Shown here: in pieces, positions 37,726-50,888 of the stretch
How positions within the stretch are numbered: the first letter of the stretch is position 1
Layout of the letters: every line of letters starts with the position of its first letter
Assembly: GCA_964016885.1 (NCBI GenBank)
Contig: OZ024743.1
Location: forward strand, 111,724,001-111,788,000
Direction of reading: 5' to 3'
Length of the DNA: 64,000 nt
Source of the DNA: Eledone cirrhosa
Taxonomy: Eukaryota
Program-made: the position numbers and the translations under genes
Notes under the pieces: generated by a model
What the model saw: only the letters and a program-made list of their open reading frames with translations
Told to the model about the DNA's origin: nothing
Database searches by the model: none

Positions 37726-40368
37726 AGGGGGTGGGGTGGCTGTGCGGCTTAGGAAAGGACTGGATCTCGAGGTAAGGTCGATCTTCCGGGACCGGACGGT
37801 AAGTTGCTGGTCTTGGATGTGAGCAGTAGCGGAGGTGATGCCTTTATAATGCTGGCCGCCTACGCCTCTACAGGGGCCGGACGACCGGACTTACGCCTCT
37901 ACAGGCGCCTGGAGACCTTTCTGGGTATGTCTTGCCCTTTACTGTTAGCGGGGGACTGGAATGGAATCTTAGACACACGCTGGAATTGTGTGGGAGTAGC
38001 CCATAGGAGCAGGGGCTGCAAAAGCCTCAAGCACCTATTCAGCCAGTTCCATCTGTCTGACAGGTATCGAATAGATTTCCCCAATGTGCCAGTATGGACA
38101 TGGACCAACCGAATAGGGTCATCTAGATCGTATATAGACAGGATCTTCATTCGGAAAATAGATAGAAATTGTGTAGGCTGCCCACTTTTTAAAACGGTCG
38201 CCTATTCAGATCACAAATTTGTGATCTGTACGGTCGACCTAGATAAAACGCGTATGTTAGGACCAGGTTACTGGAAGCTGAACATGTCATTTCCGATACG
38301 TAAGGCTTACAGGGACCGAATCAACAATTAAGCAAAAGTTGACAGGGGGGATCATCAACAACAGATGGTAGGGGGCTCTCAAAAGAGACATTAGAGTAAC
38401 TTCGATAGAGTTCAGCAAAGAACTAGCGTTAGAGAAAAATAGAAAGGAGGAGGAGCTGGTAGATAAGTTAGACGAGGCAATTTGTAGTGGCATTCTCTCC
38501 GCTAGCACTGACGTGCTAGCGGCGAGAATGGCGAAGGTTGCATTGTCAGAGTTAAGGCGCGTGCGCTGAGAAACGAAGGAACCAAAGCTGTTCGATGGGC
38601 CCGCGTGGCGGAGGCGCGGCGTGGTAATAAAACCACAATTCGGTCTTTGGCGAACCGAGACGGACACGAGATAAGCGATTTCAAGCAGATGTGAGAGGCC
38701 TTTCGCCAGCACTTTGCTCGGTTGTTCGGGGAAAGTGGCGAGTCAGAGAGAGTAGCGGATTTCAGTCCCTACCTTGACGGCTTGCGGCGCATCTCGACGG
38801 TCGACGCTGTGCGCTGCGAAAGGCCGATTACTTCAGCCGAAATACAGGACGACCTTGTCGGCTGCATGAGGCGCAACTCACCCGATTTGGATGGCCTGCC
38901 CTACGAGCTTTATATAAATATACCAGACTTGTTCTCCGATCTCCTCGAAGCACTCTACTGCAACTGGCAGCAGAATGGGAGTATTCCCAGTTCTGTGAGC
39001 AGGGGAGTGGTGACGCTGATAAGGAAAGACAAGAACAAGAGGGATAAATTAGACAACTTCAGGCCCATAACTCTGCTCAACACAGAGTTTAAGATTTTGG
39101 CCAAGGTGTTAGCAAAGAGATTGGCGCTTGTCGTCGAGGATTTGGTTGTGGAGGCGCAAACTTGCGCAATCCCAGACAGGTCCATACACGACAATTTCCA
39201 CCTCATGCGATACATCATAGAGAGGGTTGGGTGTAAACCTGGCTTCAGTGGGGTACTGATCAATTTAGATCAATCGAAAGCATTCGATAGCGTCGACCAT
39301 CGGTATCTGGAGTTTATCCTCAAAGCAGCTGGCTTCTGCCCTGTCTCCAGAAGTTGGATCGCTGCAATGCACAGCGGCACACGCTCGGTGTTCAAAGTTA
39401 ATGGCCACCTCTCGTAACCATTCAGCTCTCCCGATCGGTCCATCAAGGGTGCCCTCTCTCTTCCCTTCTGTACGTATTGACTCTCGATCATTTACTGCGG
39501 AAGCTGGGGATGCTGCAGGGCATCCTGTTCGAACCGGGACGTGAAAAGGCAGTGTCGGCTTATGCGGACGACATCACCGTGATGGCGTCGAACACCTCAG
39601 AAATCGAGGCCGTCGGCACCTTATTGAAGGAATATGAAAGGTTAACAGAAGCCAAACTTAACCCGGAAAAGTCGGTGGGCTTGCAGCTCGGAACCTGGAG
39701 AGGCAAGCCCATGCCGTCCAACAGCGTCGTAGAGCGCTGGACAGACGGACCGATAAAGTTGCTCGGGGTTTGGTTCGGACCAGACCTCCAGGTGGAAAAG
39801 AATTGTGACGAGGTAACGAGCAGAGTAGCCAGTCTCACCCAAAATGGGCTTGGGGGAAGCTATCACTGAAAGGTCGCGCGGAGGTGGCGAATGCGTACAT
39901 CGCGTCCGTCATCTACTACCGCCTTACCGTCGTGCCTTGCCCCCTACCGCGCCTCGTCAAGTTGGAACGGCTCCTCTTCAAATTCTTGTGGAGTGGACAA
40001 GTTCCATATGCTGCCAGCACCCTCGACGCGGATGTCTGGGCATGCCGTGGCTAATGATGCGCAGACATGCGTTTAGGCTGCGGCATCTCCAGTTATTCTG
40101 CCTAAACGGTGAACAGGTGTGGTCGTCGTTTATCAGACGGGGCTTTCCCCAGTTCATTTCTTTGACTGAGCTGCAGTCCTGGGTCATGAAGAGACCTAGA
40201 CTGGGTGACTGGCACCTGGAATGTTGCCAGGCACTCAATGCCCTCTACCAGGTGGGCAATGCGGTCAGTGGACTTCCACTCTCGAGTTCTATAGAGGATC
40301 AATGGTGGGCAAGTGCGATAACGCACTCGGAGAAGCTTTCAAGAAATCCCTCGCTTGGCAGTGGTACC
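37726..40368 (+). mobile_element. Older Tx1/L1 ORF2 copy, truncated at both ends
   Basis: AGDWNGILD, SYIDRIF, SDHKFV (APE endonuclease); FRPITLLN, LDQSKAFD, SAYADD (RT); stops and frameshifts; ends at KSLAWQWY where Dong copy B abuts. Confidence 0.92.
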
Positions 40369-43300
40369 TTAGTATATGGGCAGTTCCCATTAGTACTATC
40401 TTTTGTATTTCTCATATACGCGGGTTTCCTGGGATTTGCGATAAGTAATCATTAGACCCCTTAGGTATCATACATAGAACACCTACAACCACTGGTATTG
40501 TTTTAGTTCTCAATTTCCACATTTTTCCAATTTCTATCTCCAGGTCCTTATACTTGCTCAATTTTTCAAATATTTTTATAGATACATTCTTGTCTATTGG
40601 AACAGACACATCAATTAGCAGGCATACCCTCTTTTGAAAGTCTTTCAATATTATATCAGGTCTATTTGCATCTATTTTTCGGTCTGTTTCGATGCTAAAG
40701 TTCCACAAGATTGAGATGTGATCTTTTTCAAGTATGGGAGGTGGTTGATGCTCCCACCAATTCTTTTGATGGGGCAGGTCAAAATGCTTACACATTATCC
40801 AATGTATGTATTGTGCAGCTCTGTCATGCCTGTTTAGGAATTCGGTTGGAGCTATAGGACTGCACATTGAAATTATATGGTCAATGGTCTCTGGTTGTTT
40901 TTTGCATACACGGCATAATGGGCTGCACCCATTTTTTATTATGTTGGCTTGGTAATTTTTTGTTGGCAGACACTGATCTTGTGCCGATATAATCAGTCCT
41001 TCAGTCTCCGATTTCAGTCCAGAGGATGCCAACCACTGATGGGTTAAAGTTTTGTCAACATCAGGATTGTTAGCTCGCTCTGGGTATTTTCCATACAGAT
41101 GCTTTTCTTGCCATTTCTTAGCCAGTTTCTGTAGCAGTTCTTTCTTTGCAGTTACTTTTACCTGCTTTGCTTTTTCTGTGTTTTCCATTTCAGCAGTAAA
41201 TGGGACTTCTGAAATTTGTAGTCCATTACTGTATCTTTGTGCATCTTTTGTAATGGAATATGATCTTTTGATGCTTTCGTATTTCAAAACGAGTTTGATC
41301 ATCCAATCATGTGATTCCCTTAGATATGTGGATAATCCAATTGTTGCAGTTTTCAACTCAATGTCTAACTGGATTAACCCACGTCCTCCTTCTTTCCTAG
41401 GGAGATATATTCTATCTATGTCTGCCTTAGGCTGATGCATTCTGTGCATGGTTAAGAATTTTCGGATTTTTGTATCGAGCCTACGGATCTCTGTGCTTGA
41501 CCAGTTGATGACATTGTAACTGTAGGTTACTACTGGTATGGCAAGCGTGTTTATGGCATCGATCCTGTTCCTTGCATTCAATTCCGTTCTTAAGATTTCT
41601 CTGACTCTGCGGTAACATTCCTTCCTTATCCTTTCCCTCATTGTCGAGTGCTTGATTCCGTCTCGTTCACAAACACCTGGATATTTGTAAGTTTGTTCTT
41701 GATCAAGCTCTCTTATCACGTTCCCCCGATCAAGATTAATGTCTGAACTCTTCAGCAGCTTTCCTCTGGTGAACGTTGCTTTGGCGCATTTATCCAGTCC
41801 AAACTCCATTTTAATGTCATCACTGAACTGCTTCACAGTGGATAATAGCTCTTGCAATTGTTCATCATTTTTTGCAAATAGTTTCAGGTCATCCATGTAG
41901 AACAGGTGATTAATGGTTTTGTCATAGACTCTATATCCATGTTTTGTTTCATTGAGCATTTTACTTAATGGTATAAGTGCGATGCAGAATAAAAGCGGTG
42001 ATAAAGAGTCACCCTGAAAAATTCCACAATTAATATTAACTTCTCTAGCTTCCAGTGATTTTGTTTCACTATTCAAAAGGAGTGTCGTTTTCCATGTCTT
42101 CATACTGAATGACAAAAACCTCCTGACAACGGGGGATATTTTGAAAATCTCTAAACATTTTTCATTCCAACTGTGTGGCAAACTATCGAATGCTTTTTTA
42201 TAATCTATCCAAGCAATCGATAGATTTTTGTGTCTATTATGACAATCTTCCAGTATCATTTTGTTAACCAGAAGCTGATACTTACAGCCATATGAGTCTC
42301 GTTTAAACCCTTCTGCTCAATGGGAAATAGGTCATTTGTTATCAGGTGGTCATATGTGTATTCAGTTAGGACTGATGTTAAAATGTTATACATTGTGGTC
42401 AAGCAGGTTATCGGTCTGTAATTTTTGGGATTGTTTGTCTCATCATTCTTCGGTAGCAGGAATGTAATGCCGTTAACTAGCCATGATGGTATCTTTTCTG
42501 GCTCCTTAAAGTTGTAAAGTTGGGCTAACAGCTCATGAGACTCTGTGATGGCATTTATCCAAAAGTTCTGTATTTTGTCTTTTCCTGGGGATTTCCATTT
42601 GCTGGTTTTTCTTAGAGCCAAGCGCAACTGTTCAACTGTTATATTTTCCCATGTTTGTTCTTCAAGGGGAGCTGTTTCTTTCATTTGTCTGTCTATCCAT
42701 GGGGCATGTATGTTATGAACTTTTTCTTCGGCCCAGATCTTTTCCCAGAATTCTTGCACTTCCTCCTTGGGTGGTATTGATTTAGCAGTTATTGTTGACT
42801 TGCCAATTTTTTTGTAGAAGTTTCTTTGGTTGTTTTTGAACATATTATTTTCCTTATAGAATCTAGATCGTTTTTCAAAGCGCCTTATACGAGCAGCTTT
42901 GGCCGACACTTTTTGCTTGATTGTTTCTATCAGCATGTCTATGTCACATGTTGATCTTATACTGTACTTTTTTTTCAATTTTCTAAGTTTAGTTTGTTTA
43001 ACATGTTCACGTACTTTATAGTTTGTTAAAATTTCTATGTCAGATCGGAGAAGGTTTATTTGGCGATTGATGTTATCTTGCCAAGTAGATTTCTTGTGGG
43101 AATTCCTTTGTTTTTTCATCTTCACTCCACTAAAGTGAGTGGTGACTTTAGCCGATGCATAATAGAGATGATTTAAGTCAGTAATGTTTAGTTTGTTTGT
43201 GATGATAATGTTTTTTGAGAATTATGTTAGTCTTGTGTATTATCTTTTGGTTATGTTTGGAGTTCTGGATCTTAGGGAGGGTGTCTCGTTGCCCCATGTC

Positions 43301-44160
43301 AGAATCTTTCATTTTCATCCATTCGATCATAATTTCATCCTTCAAGTTGGCAAGTTCATTTTCATTCATTTCTTTATCATTTACGATCTCATTATTTTCA
43401 TTTGCAGTTTCATCCTGAGCATGCACTCCCTACACTTTTTTGCTCCTTTCTTTAATTTGTTCTGTTGCCAGTGATTCCGCCCCAACCCTGGGATTCGAAG
43501 TGTTACAGTTTACCTCGTTTTCACTGACACATGCTTCATTTTCCATTCGCTGACTTTGTGCTACTAGCTTGATCTGATCAATTTCTATATCAGTTAGTAA
43601 CTTTTTTCTTACAATATTTCTTCGTATATTGGCTAGTTTGTTACTGTCAATATAGCCTCTGTTTTCGGGATGTTTCTTTTTCCAGTTGATATATGTTTGT
43701 TCTGTATTCGATGTATTTGATAGGTAGTACATGGCAGTGTAGAAAGTCTCAAGGACTTCTTTATTATCTTCCCTTGACCATTTTTCTCTCTTTTTCTTTG
43801 GATTTCTTGGTGGTGAGCATGGAGGGCCAACAGTAGGAGTATTCCGGTTATGGGAGGTCTCCAGCTCCGAAGTGATGGGAAGGTTTGAACCATTAGCTGA
43901 TTTTTCGACCCCAGTCTGGTTCCTCTCTGAGGGACGCGGCCCTTTTTTACCCGGGTGACGGCCGATCCGGTATGAGATTTTATCATTAGACATTTACTTT
44001 ATTTTGTCGCGTTTTATCCTTATCCGCCAAGGGGTAATCATTTCGTGTTACCACTTCTAGAACGAGTGTCAACCAAGACTAGAGGGGTCGTTCTCCCCTA
44101 GAGACATGGCTATTCCCCGCCGGCCGCCATCCCGGTATTTCTTGGTCACGGGGTTTTCTT
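40369..44160 (-). mobile_element. R4/Dong-clade LINE copy B, near full length
   Basis: One broken ORF (43430-43993, 43178-43426, 42256-43125, 40412-42259) with KSPGKD, YRPITCL, IDYKKAFDS, GIFQGDSLSP, YMDD, zinc knuckle CRVC..ETIDHIISMC, RHD and the PD..D..K restriction-like endonuclease. Confidence 0.93.
40412..43993 (-). pseudogene. RT / restriction-like endonuclease polyprotein of R4/Dong LINE (frameshifted)
   Basis: ATG at 43993; longest open segment 615 aa (40412-42259) covers RT, zinc knuckle and endonuclease. Confidence 0.9.
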
Positions 44161-45128
44161 TTTGTTGTTTTTTTTTAAATTGTTATTATCATGAGTGGTT
44201 CCTTAATGTGAGCATTGCGTGGCTTAAGAATGAAATTATTAATAATTGTCTCCACTCCAGGCACAAGGCCATCAATCACCCAGTGCATTACAATAATATA
44301 ATATGCTTTTTGTTGTAGTTGGCTGTTATTGTTGTTGGCTATGTCAGTGGTGGTGCCGGGGCTTTGTATATTGTTGGTGAGGAAGGGGTGAGCCAGCAGT
44401 CCCATAATTGTTGATGTAGACGTTTGGCCGGTGGCAAGGTCACCAAGTCAATCTATTTATATCTTTTGCTAGCCTCTCTCTTGTCTAGTGATAGTGATGC
44501 CGCCACCTTCCCTTTTCTCTCTCAAGTTAACAGGGGAATAGTGTCAGTAGCATTGAATGAGTGGTGGCGGCGATGATGGATGTTGTGGGGTGGTGGCAGC
44601 GGTGGTGTTGTGGTTACTGATATAGTATCTATGAGTTTGTGTTCGTATGTTTAATATATATTTTTATTATATTTTGTGTTGACATATTCCCGGAAAATTT
44701 GAATTAAACATTTTTTTAAAATTTGTGACAATAATAATAGTAATTATTATTATGATGCTGGTGAAATTGCTGTTATCTGGCTGTTATATTCAGTGTGATG
44801 GGATAGGTAGTGTATCAAGTTTCTGGTGTTGGTGAAATTGAAATTGCTGCTATTTGGCTGTTCTATATAGTGTAGACAGAGGGTGTTTTGTTCCATTTAT
44901 AACCATTTTCTTTTTTTGAATACAAAATATATAATACAAAATTGAATATTTGAGCGAGACAACAATATAATATGGATCCGAAACTTTATGGGACCTCATT
45001 CGGTGCATTTATGCAACATTTGTGCTAAGAATTGTTCTTTCACAATTGATTTAAATATGTTAAAAATCAAAGACTTACGGGAGCAATTTCGTGACGTTCT
45101 ACCACCTCGTGCGTCTTCTTCCTTTATC

Positions 45129-45183
<55 letters not shown>

Positions 45184-45184
45184 C

Positions 45185-45215
<31 letters not shown>

Positions 45216-45216
45216 C

Positions 45217-45254
<38 letters not shown>
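45129..45254. repeat. (TTA)n tract immediately 5' of Tx1 copy 1
   Basis: Nearly pure trinucleotide run. Similar tracts at 51149-51209, 52986-53000, 58201-58220, 58381-58430 and 60378-60482 separate all elements of the nest. Confidence 0.95.
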
Positions 45255-45463
45255 GGCGACCTACGTAGTAAATCGTATCATCGTGAGCTCCGCAAAGGTT
45301 TGTTATTTCCGTTTGTTAAAAATTGTCATTTATGGAAAATGTTATTGTTAACTGTTTATAATCGCACATACATTGTTTTCCAAAAAGGACACCCAAAAAG
45401 ATTGGGGCCTTGTGCCCAAAATTTAAACTTTTATTATTATTAAAAAAAATTTCTTTGAAAAAA

Positions 45464-47434
45464 ATGGCTAATTCACCTCTGCACGAAGCAGCTGAAAGCC
45501 TTCCTCACAAATTAACACCTCACACCGACACCACCATTGTAAATGTTACTACGTTTGCCAACACAAAAAAAAATATAAGCACTAGCAATATTTTAAATTT
45601 GTCTCAGGCAGACATTCATTTCCCGCCATTACCAATGACTGCAGGTGTTAAAGCCTCCACCACCGCCACCACCGAGACAACCACCACCACCACCGCGACA
45701 ACAGAAACAAAAGAAGAAAAAAATAAATTAACTCGTTATGTCGAAATGAAATCAAGCAAAATGGACTCTTCCCCACCAAAGACGACTGACCTCACCACCA
45801 CTACAACTGAAACTAAAATTAATATTAACGATAGCAACAACAACAACAATGACATTATAAACCCCCCCCTCAGTTTCGCCAGTGTAGCAAGACAGTTCGA
45901 AGCATTTACGGTAACTCAGGAGGATTTAGAAAATGCCAAACAAATGGTAAAGAAAGATGGGTACAGGGTCAGCCCCCCCCCCCACACACACACCTAATAA
46001 ATTGGAGCATCGGCGCCTATGCACCGTGTCGTATAGAACAATAAATGTAAAATCGCGCCGAGTGGAACGGGCATCCGAGTCCCAAATCCCAAAAGCTTTG
46101 GGACATGTGTGGGCAAGAAAAACCCACATCAGACGTGGGCAAAATTATGGAACCGTGGACGTGTTCTTTGAAACACCAGAGGAGGCTAGAGAACACTCCA
46201 TGGCCCCATTAAGAAGTGACGACTTCACACTCGTCCCAAGAGACTCGTAAAATCAGAGTGACCCACGTTCCAGCGGCCATCGAAATTCCCTGGCTAATAG
46301 CGGCTGTCCTCGCCGGCATCGAAGCCAACACGAAAATAATAGCAATAGCAAAAGAAAAGCAAGAGAACTGGTCCGGATCTGGGATGGAGCTCCTGATCCA
46401 AGCGGACCAAAAAAGCATTGAGGAGATCCCAGAGGTAATAGACCTCACTGACGGCAGCCACCTCACGGTAATTGTCGAGGGCAGAAGACCTAGGTGTGTC
46501 GTTTGTGGTGAAGGAACCCACCTAAGGTCTTTCTGCCCTCGGGCTAAAAGGTTGAGGCCACCTCTCCTACCCACCCCAGTGACACAACCATCAACACCAC
46601 CAATAGCAGAGATGGCAGCAACAACTGTAGCAGCAACAACAGAAGCAACTATAACAGCAACAACCCCAGCAACAGTAGCAAAACCAACACCACTACCACC
46701 ACCAGCAAAACCAACACCACCACCACCCAACGCTTCAGAACTAGCACCAGCGCCTACACCATACACCACACCACAACCAAAACTAACGGCTGTGGAGGAT
46801 TTTCCACTCCCCGGCCTATCACAACTGGAGACAAATTGTGACGACGAGGAGTGGGAAACGATATCCGGAAAAAAAAAGAAACAAAAAAAGAAAAAATTCT
46901 CTTCCTTCCCCCTCCAAAAACAAAATACAGAGGGAAACAAATAAATTAAGAAACAAAAAAGTTAGGACAGATATGCCACCATCCACACCAGCATCACCAA
47001 CCCCATCAACCCAAACACCAACACCATCACCATCATTAACCCCAGCACCACCATCACCTACACCACAAAAGTCACCAAAATGCGAAACAGAAACAAACCC
47101 ACAACAAACGCAAACAAAACAAAACAACCAAAACGATACACACTACACAGCATTAAATTTGAACAACAAGCAATTATTACACTACATCCAACACAACACC
47201 AGCATCACAGAAAAAGACTACACAACAACCCCAAAATTCACACCACCTCCACACATACAAATCACTCGCATCACACAGAAAACGTACATGACACTAAAAC
47301 AAAAATTCCCCAAAGACATCGGAGACTTCCGACAAGCACTCTCCAGGAGGATTTATAAGGACATCCTTCCTGAGGAGGCCACAAGCAGTGAAAAGGATGG
47401 AAAAACCGTCCTTCCCCTACGAGAAGTAAGGTAA
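45464..47434 (+). pseudogene. Tx1 ORF1 (RRM-like region, CCHC knuckle, Pro/Thr-rich linker), frameshifted
   Basis: Pieces 45464-45997, 45957-46250, 46216-46944, 46838-47434. CVVCGEGTHLRSFC = CX2CX4HX4C. Two breaks lie in C or A homopolymers. Confidence 0.85.
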
Positions 47435-47468
47435 GTGGTCTTTCCCATCTTTTCCACTCCTTTTCAAC

Positions 47469-50400
47469 ATGACCTCACTCAGAATAGGCAGCATAAATGC
47501 GCGTGGTTTGGGGTCGTCATGGAAGCAGGGCCACCTGCTCAACGACCTCAGGTCACTAAACATAGATGTAGTGGCCATCAGCGAGACCAGAGTCTCCGAA
47601 GCACAGGCTTTCGCACCGATCTTCGGCGGCTACGATGTGTACGCATCTCCAAGCCGTCCGGGTTCGGGGGGAGGAGTTGCTGTGCTTTTTCGGAGAGGTT
47701 TGGATCTTGCCATACGGGCCATCTTCCTGGACCCAGAAGGTAAGTTGGTGGTGCTGGACGTGACCAGCGGAGACGGGCAAGCTTTCAGGTTAGTGGCCGT
47801 CTATGCCCCGACAGGAGCAGGGCGGCCTGATTTCTTCCGGCGTCTGGAGACCTTTCTTGGAACGTCCCGCTCTTTAGTGTTAGTGGGCGACTGGAACGGG
47901 ATCTTAGATGCACGCTGGGATTGAGTGGGATTAGTGGATAGGGAAGGAGGGTGCAAGAGTCTCACCAACCTGCTCAGTCGTTTTGAACTGTCTGACAGGT
48001 ACCGAATGGATTTCCCGAATGTACCAATGTGGACTTGGACAAATCGCATAGGGTCATCCAGATCATATCTAGATATAGTATTTTGTAGGGAAATAGATAG
48101 GTCTAGCATAGGCTGTCAACAATTCAAGATAGTCAGCTACACGGACCACAAATTCGTGATCTGTGTGCTTGACTTAGATGGGCTTCATAGACGAGGACCC
48201 GGCTACTGGAAGCTAAACGCGTCCTTACCAGCGCGCAAGGCCTACAGAGACCGGATTAGCGAACTAGTTAAGCGGGCGTTGACGGGGGCCATCGTCAACA
48301 ACAAGTGGTGGTTTGCTCTGAAAAGAGCAATTAGAATAGAGTCCATTAGGTTTAGTAAGACTTTAGCAATAGAGAAAAATAGAGCAGAGGGAGAACTAGT
48401 TAGAAAATTAGATGAGGCGCTTAGCAAAGGCATCGCGACCGACGTGCTTGCGGCGAAATTGGCCCTTGACCAATTCTTCAATGCAAAACACGAAGGCTGC
48501 GTTGTCAGAGCTAGGGTGCGTGCTCTCAGACACGAGGGGACGAAAGCCGTTCAATGGGCCCGAGTGGCGGAGGCGCGTCGTGGCAACAAAGCCACGATCC
48601 GGTCTTTGGTGGACCACGACGGGCGCATGCTACTCGATCCCGGGCAAATGTGTGAAGCTTTTCAGCGACACTTCGCTCAGCTGTTCGGGGGCAGCGGGGG
48701 GCCGAGTAGAGGGATGGACTTTAGTGTCTACCTCGACGGACTGCCGCGGCTCTCGGCCACTGAGGCGAAGTGTTGCGAAAAGCCGATAACAGCCGCTGAA
48801 GTAAGGGAGGCAATGACTGGCTGCACAAGGGGTAAATCGCCTGGTTTGGATGGTCTGCCCTATGAACTTTACGTACAGATGCCAGACTTGTTCGGGGGCC
48901 TCTTGGCGGACGTCTACTGCAACTGGCAACAGAACGGGAGAATTCCCAGTTCTGTGAGCCGAGGAGCGGTGGCACTGCTGAGAAAGGATCCGAACAAGGG
49001 GGATAACATAGACAATTTCCGGCCCATAACTCTGCTAAACACAGAGTTTAAGATTTTGGCCAAGGTGCTAGCAAAGAGGTTGGCGCTTGTCGTTGGTGGT
49101 CTGGTGGGAGAGGCGCAGACATGCGCCATTCCCGACAGATCCATCCACGACAACCTCCACCTCATGCGATACATCGTAGAGAGGGTAGCTAGGGAACCTG
49201 GCACGGGTGGGTCCTTGATCAATTTAGATCAGTCGAAAGCTTTCGATAGGGTCGACCATCGTTACCTAGCGGCAGTCCTGAGGGCGGCTGGCTTTGGGCC
49301 CGTCTTCAGAGGCTGGATCGCTGCCATGCACAGCGACATCTGCTCTGTGGTGAGAGTGAACGGTCACCTGTCGGAACCGTTCAACATCATGCGCTCGGTC
49401 CGCCAAGGATGTCCCCTCTCGTCCCTCTTGTACGTATTGACTCTCGAGCCATTACTGCACAAACTGGAGACGTTGAGGGGAGTCCCGCGCGAACTAGGAT
49501 GCGGAAGATCAGTGTCAGCATATGCGGACGATGTCACCGTAGTGGTGTCGAGCGCCAAACACATCGAGGCGATCGGCACTACACTAAGAGAATACGAAGC
49601 GGTGACAGGAGCAATGATCAACCAGGAAAAGTCAGTGGGCCTGCAGCTCGGCACCTGGAGAGGCAGGTCCATGCCGTCCAACAGCGTCGTCGGACGCTGG
49701 ACGGACGGACCGGTTAAATTGCTAGGGGTCTGGTTCGGTCCGAACCTCCAGACGGACAAAAACTGGGACGAGGTGACGAGCAGAGTGGCTTCTCTCACCC
49801 AGAAATGGGCGGAGAGGAAGCTATCCCTGAAAGGTCGTGCGGAGGTGGCTAACGCGTACATCGCGTCCGTCATCTGCTACCGTCTGACCGTCGTACCTTG
49901 TCCTAAGCCTCGCCTGACTGCGCTGGAGCGTTTGCTCTTTCGCTTTTTGTGGAAGGGACGCGCTCCGATGGTCAGGCGGTCCATCTGTTGTCAACGCCCG
50001 CTACGTGGAGGGCTGGGCATGCCGTGGCTGATGATGCGCAGGCACGCGCTCAGGCTACGACATCTCCACCTCTTCCTCGACGGTGATCAGGTGTGGTCGC
50101 CGTTTGCTAGGCGCGTGTTTCCCCAGCTCGTTTCCTTGACGGAGCTGCAGTCCTGGGTCAAGCGAAGACCGAGAGGGAGCGCCTGGAGACTGGAATGTCT
50201 TCAGGCGCTCACAGCCCTCGACCAATCGGGCAATGTGATCGGTGGAAACTCCACCTCGGCGTTCTATAGAGGATTAGTGGAGGGGAAGAGCGATGACGTA
50301 CTTGGGGAAACTCTAGGCGTCGACGAAAATCAACTAGCCAATCTCTTCGGAAGAACTTTCGGGCCAGGGCCTATGGACAACTTCCAGAAATCTCTGGCCT

Positions 50401-50888
50401 GGCAGTGCTACCGAGGAGCCTTCCCAGTTCGGGATAAACTCTACAGGCATGGAGGTGCCGTCAGCCGGGCATGTCCGAGATGCGCGCAGGGCGACGAAAC
50501 CGTCCTGCACGCACTCGTCCAGTGTCCGAAAATTGCTGACTTGTGGGTTTATGTCGAACACCTGCTGTCGCGTTTAGGACGGATCCGGCTATCATCTGAG
50601 TCCATCGTGAGGATTGCCCCGCCCTCCTCCTTTAGCCGGGAAGGGCAGGCAGTTTTTATCTGCCTGGTGGCCATGGTGAAAGAGATAGTATGGTGGACAC
50701 GTTTGAAAGGGCTGAAGACGAGCACTTACCTCTTCGGTGATGCTCTGATTGACTTTTTCAAATTTCATTTGAAAAGGAAAATCAGAGTAGAGAGGGAAGT
50801 GCTCTCTTCCCAGCATTTTGTTGAAAGATGGGTGAGAGAAGCAAGAATGGCCCGAGTGAATGGGCCTACTCTGAGTATATATCTGTAA
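47469..50888 (+). CDS. Tx1 ORF2 (APE endonuclease + RT + C-terminal CCHC) with one in-frame TGA at 47922-47924
   Basis: GSINARGL, ISET, GDWN, TDH (EN); LDQSKAFD, RQGCPLS, AYADD (RT); CPRC..ETVLHALVQC. Copy 2 has TGT at the stop position. Confidence 0.95.

Noticed and set aside
44117-44127. GGCCGGC (minus strand) identical to the HDV ribozyme P1 start
   Set aside because: No downstream P1 complement or P3/L3 motif could be found.
47922-47924. Selenocysteine or readthrough at the TGA in Tx1 ORF2 (Cys position in copy 2)
   Set aside because: Present in one copy only; copy 2 and the older copy near 37987 have TGT, so a point mutation or sequencing error is simpler.
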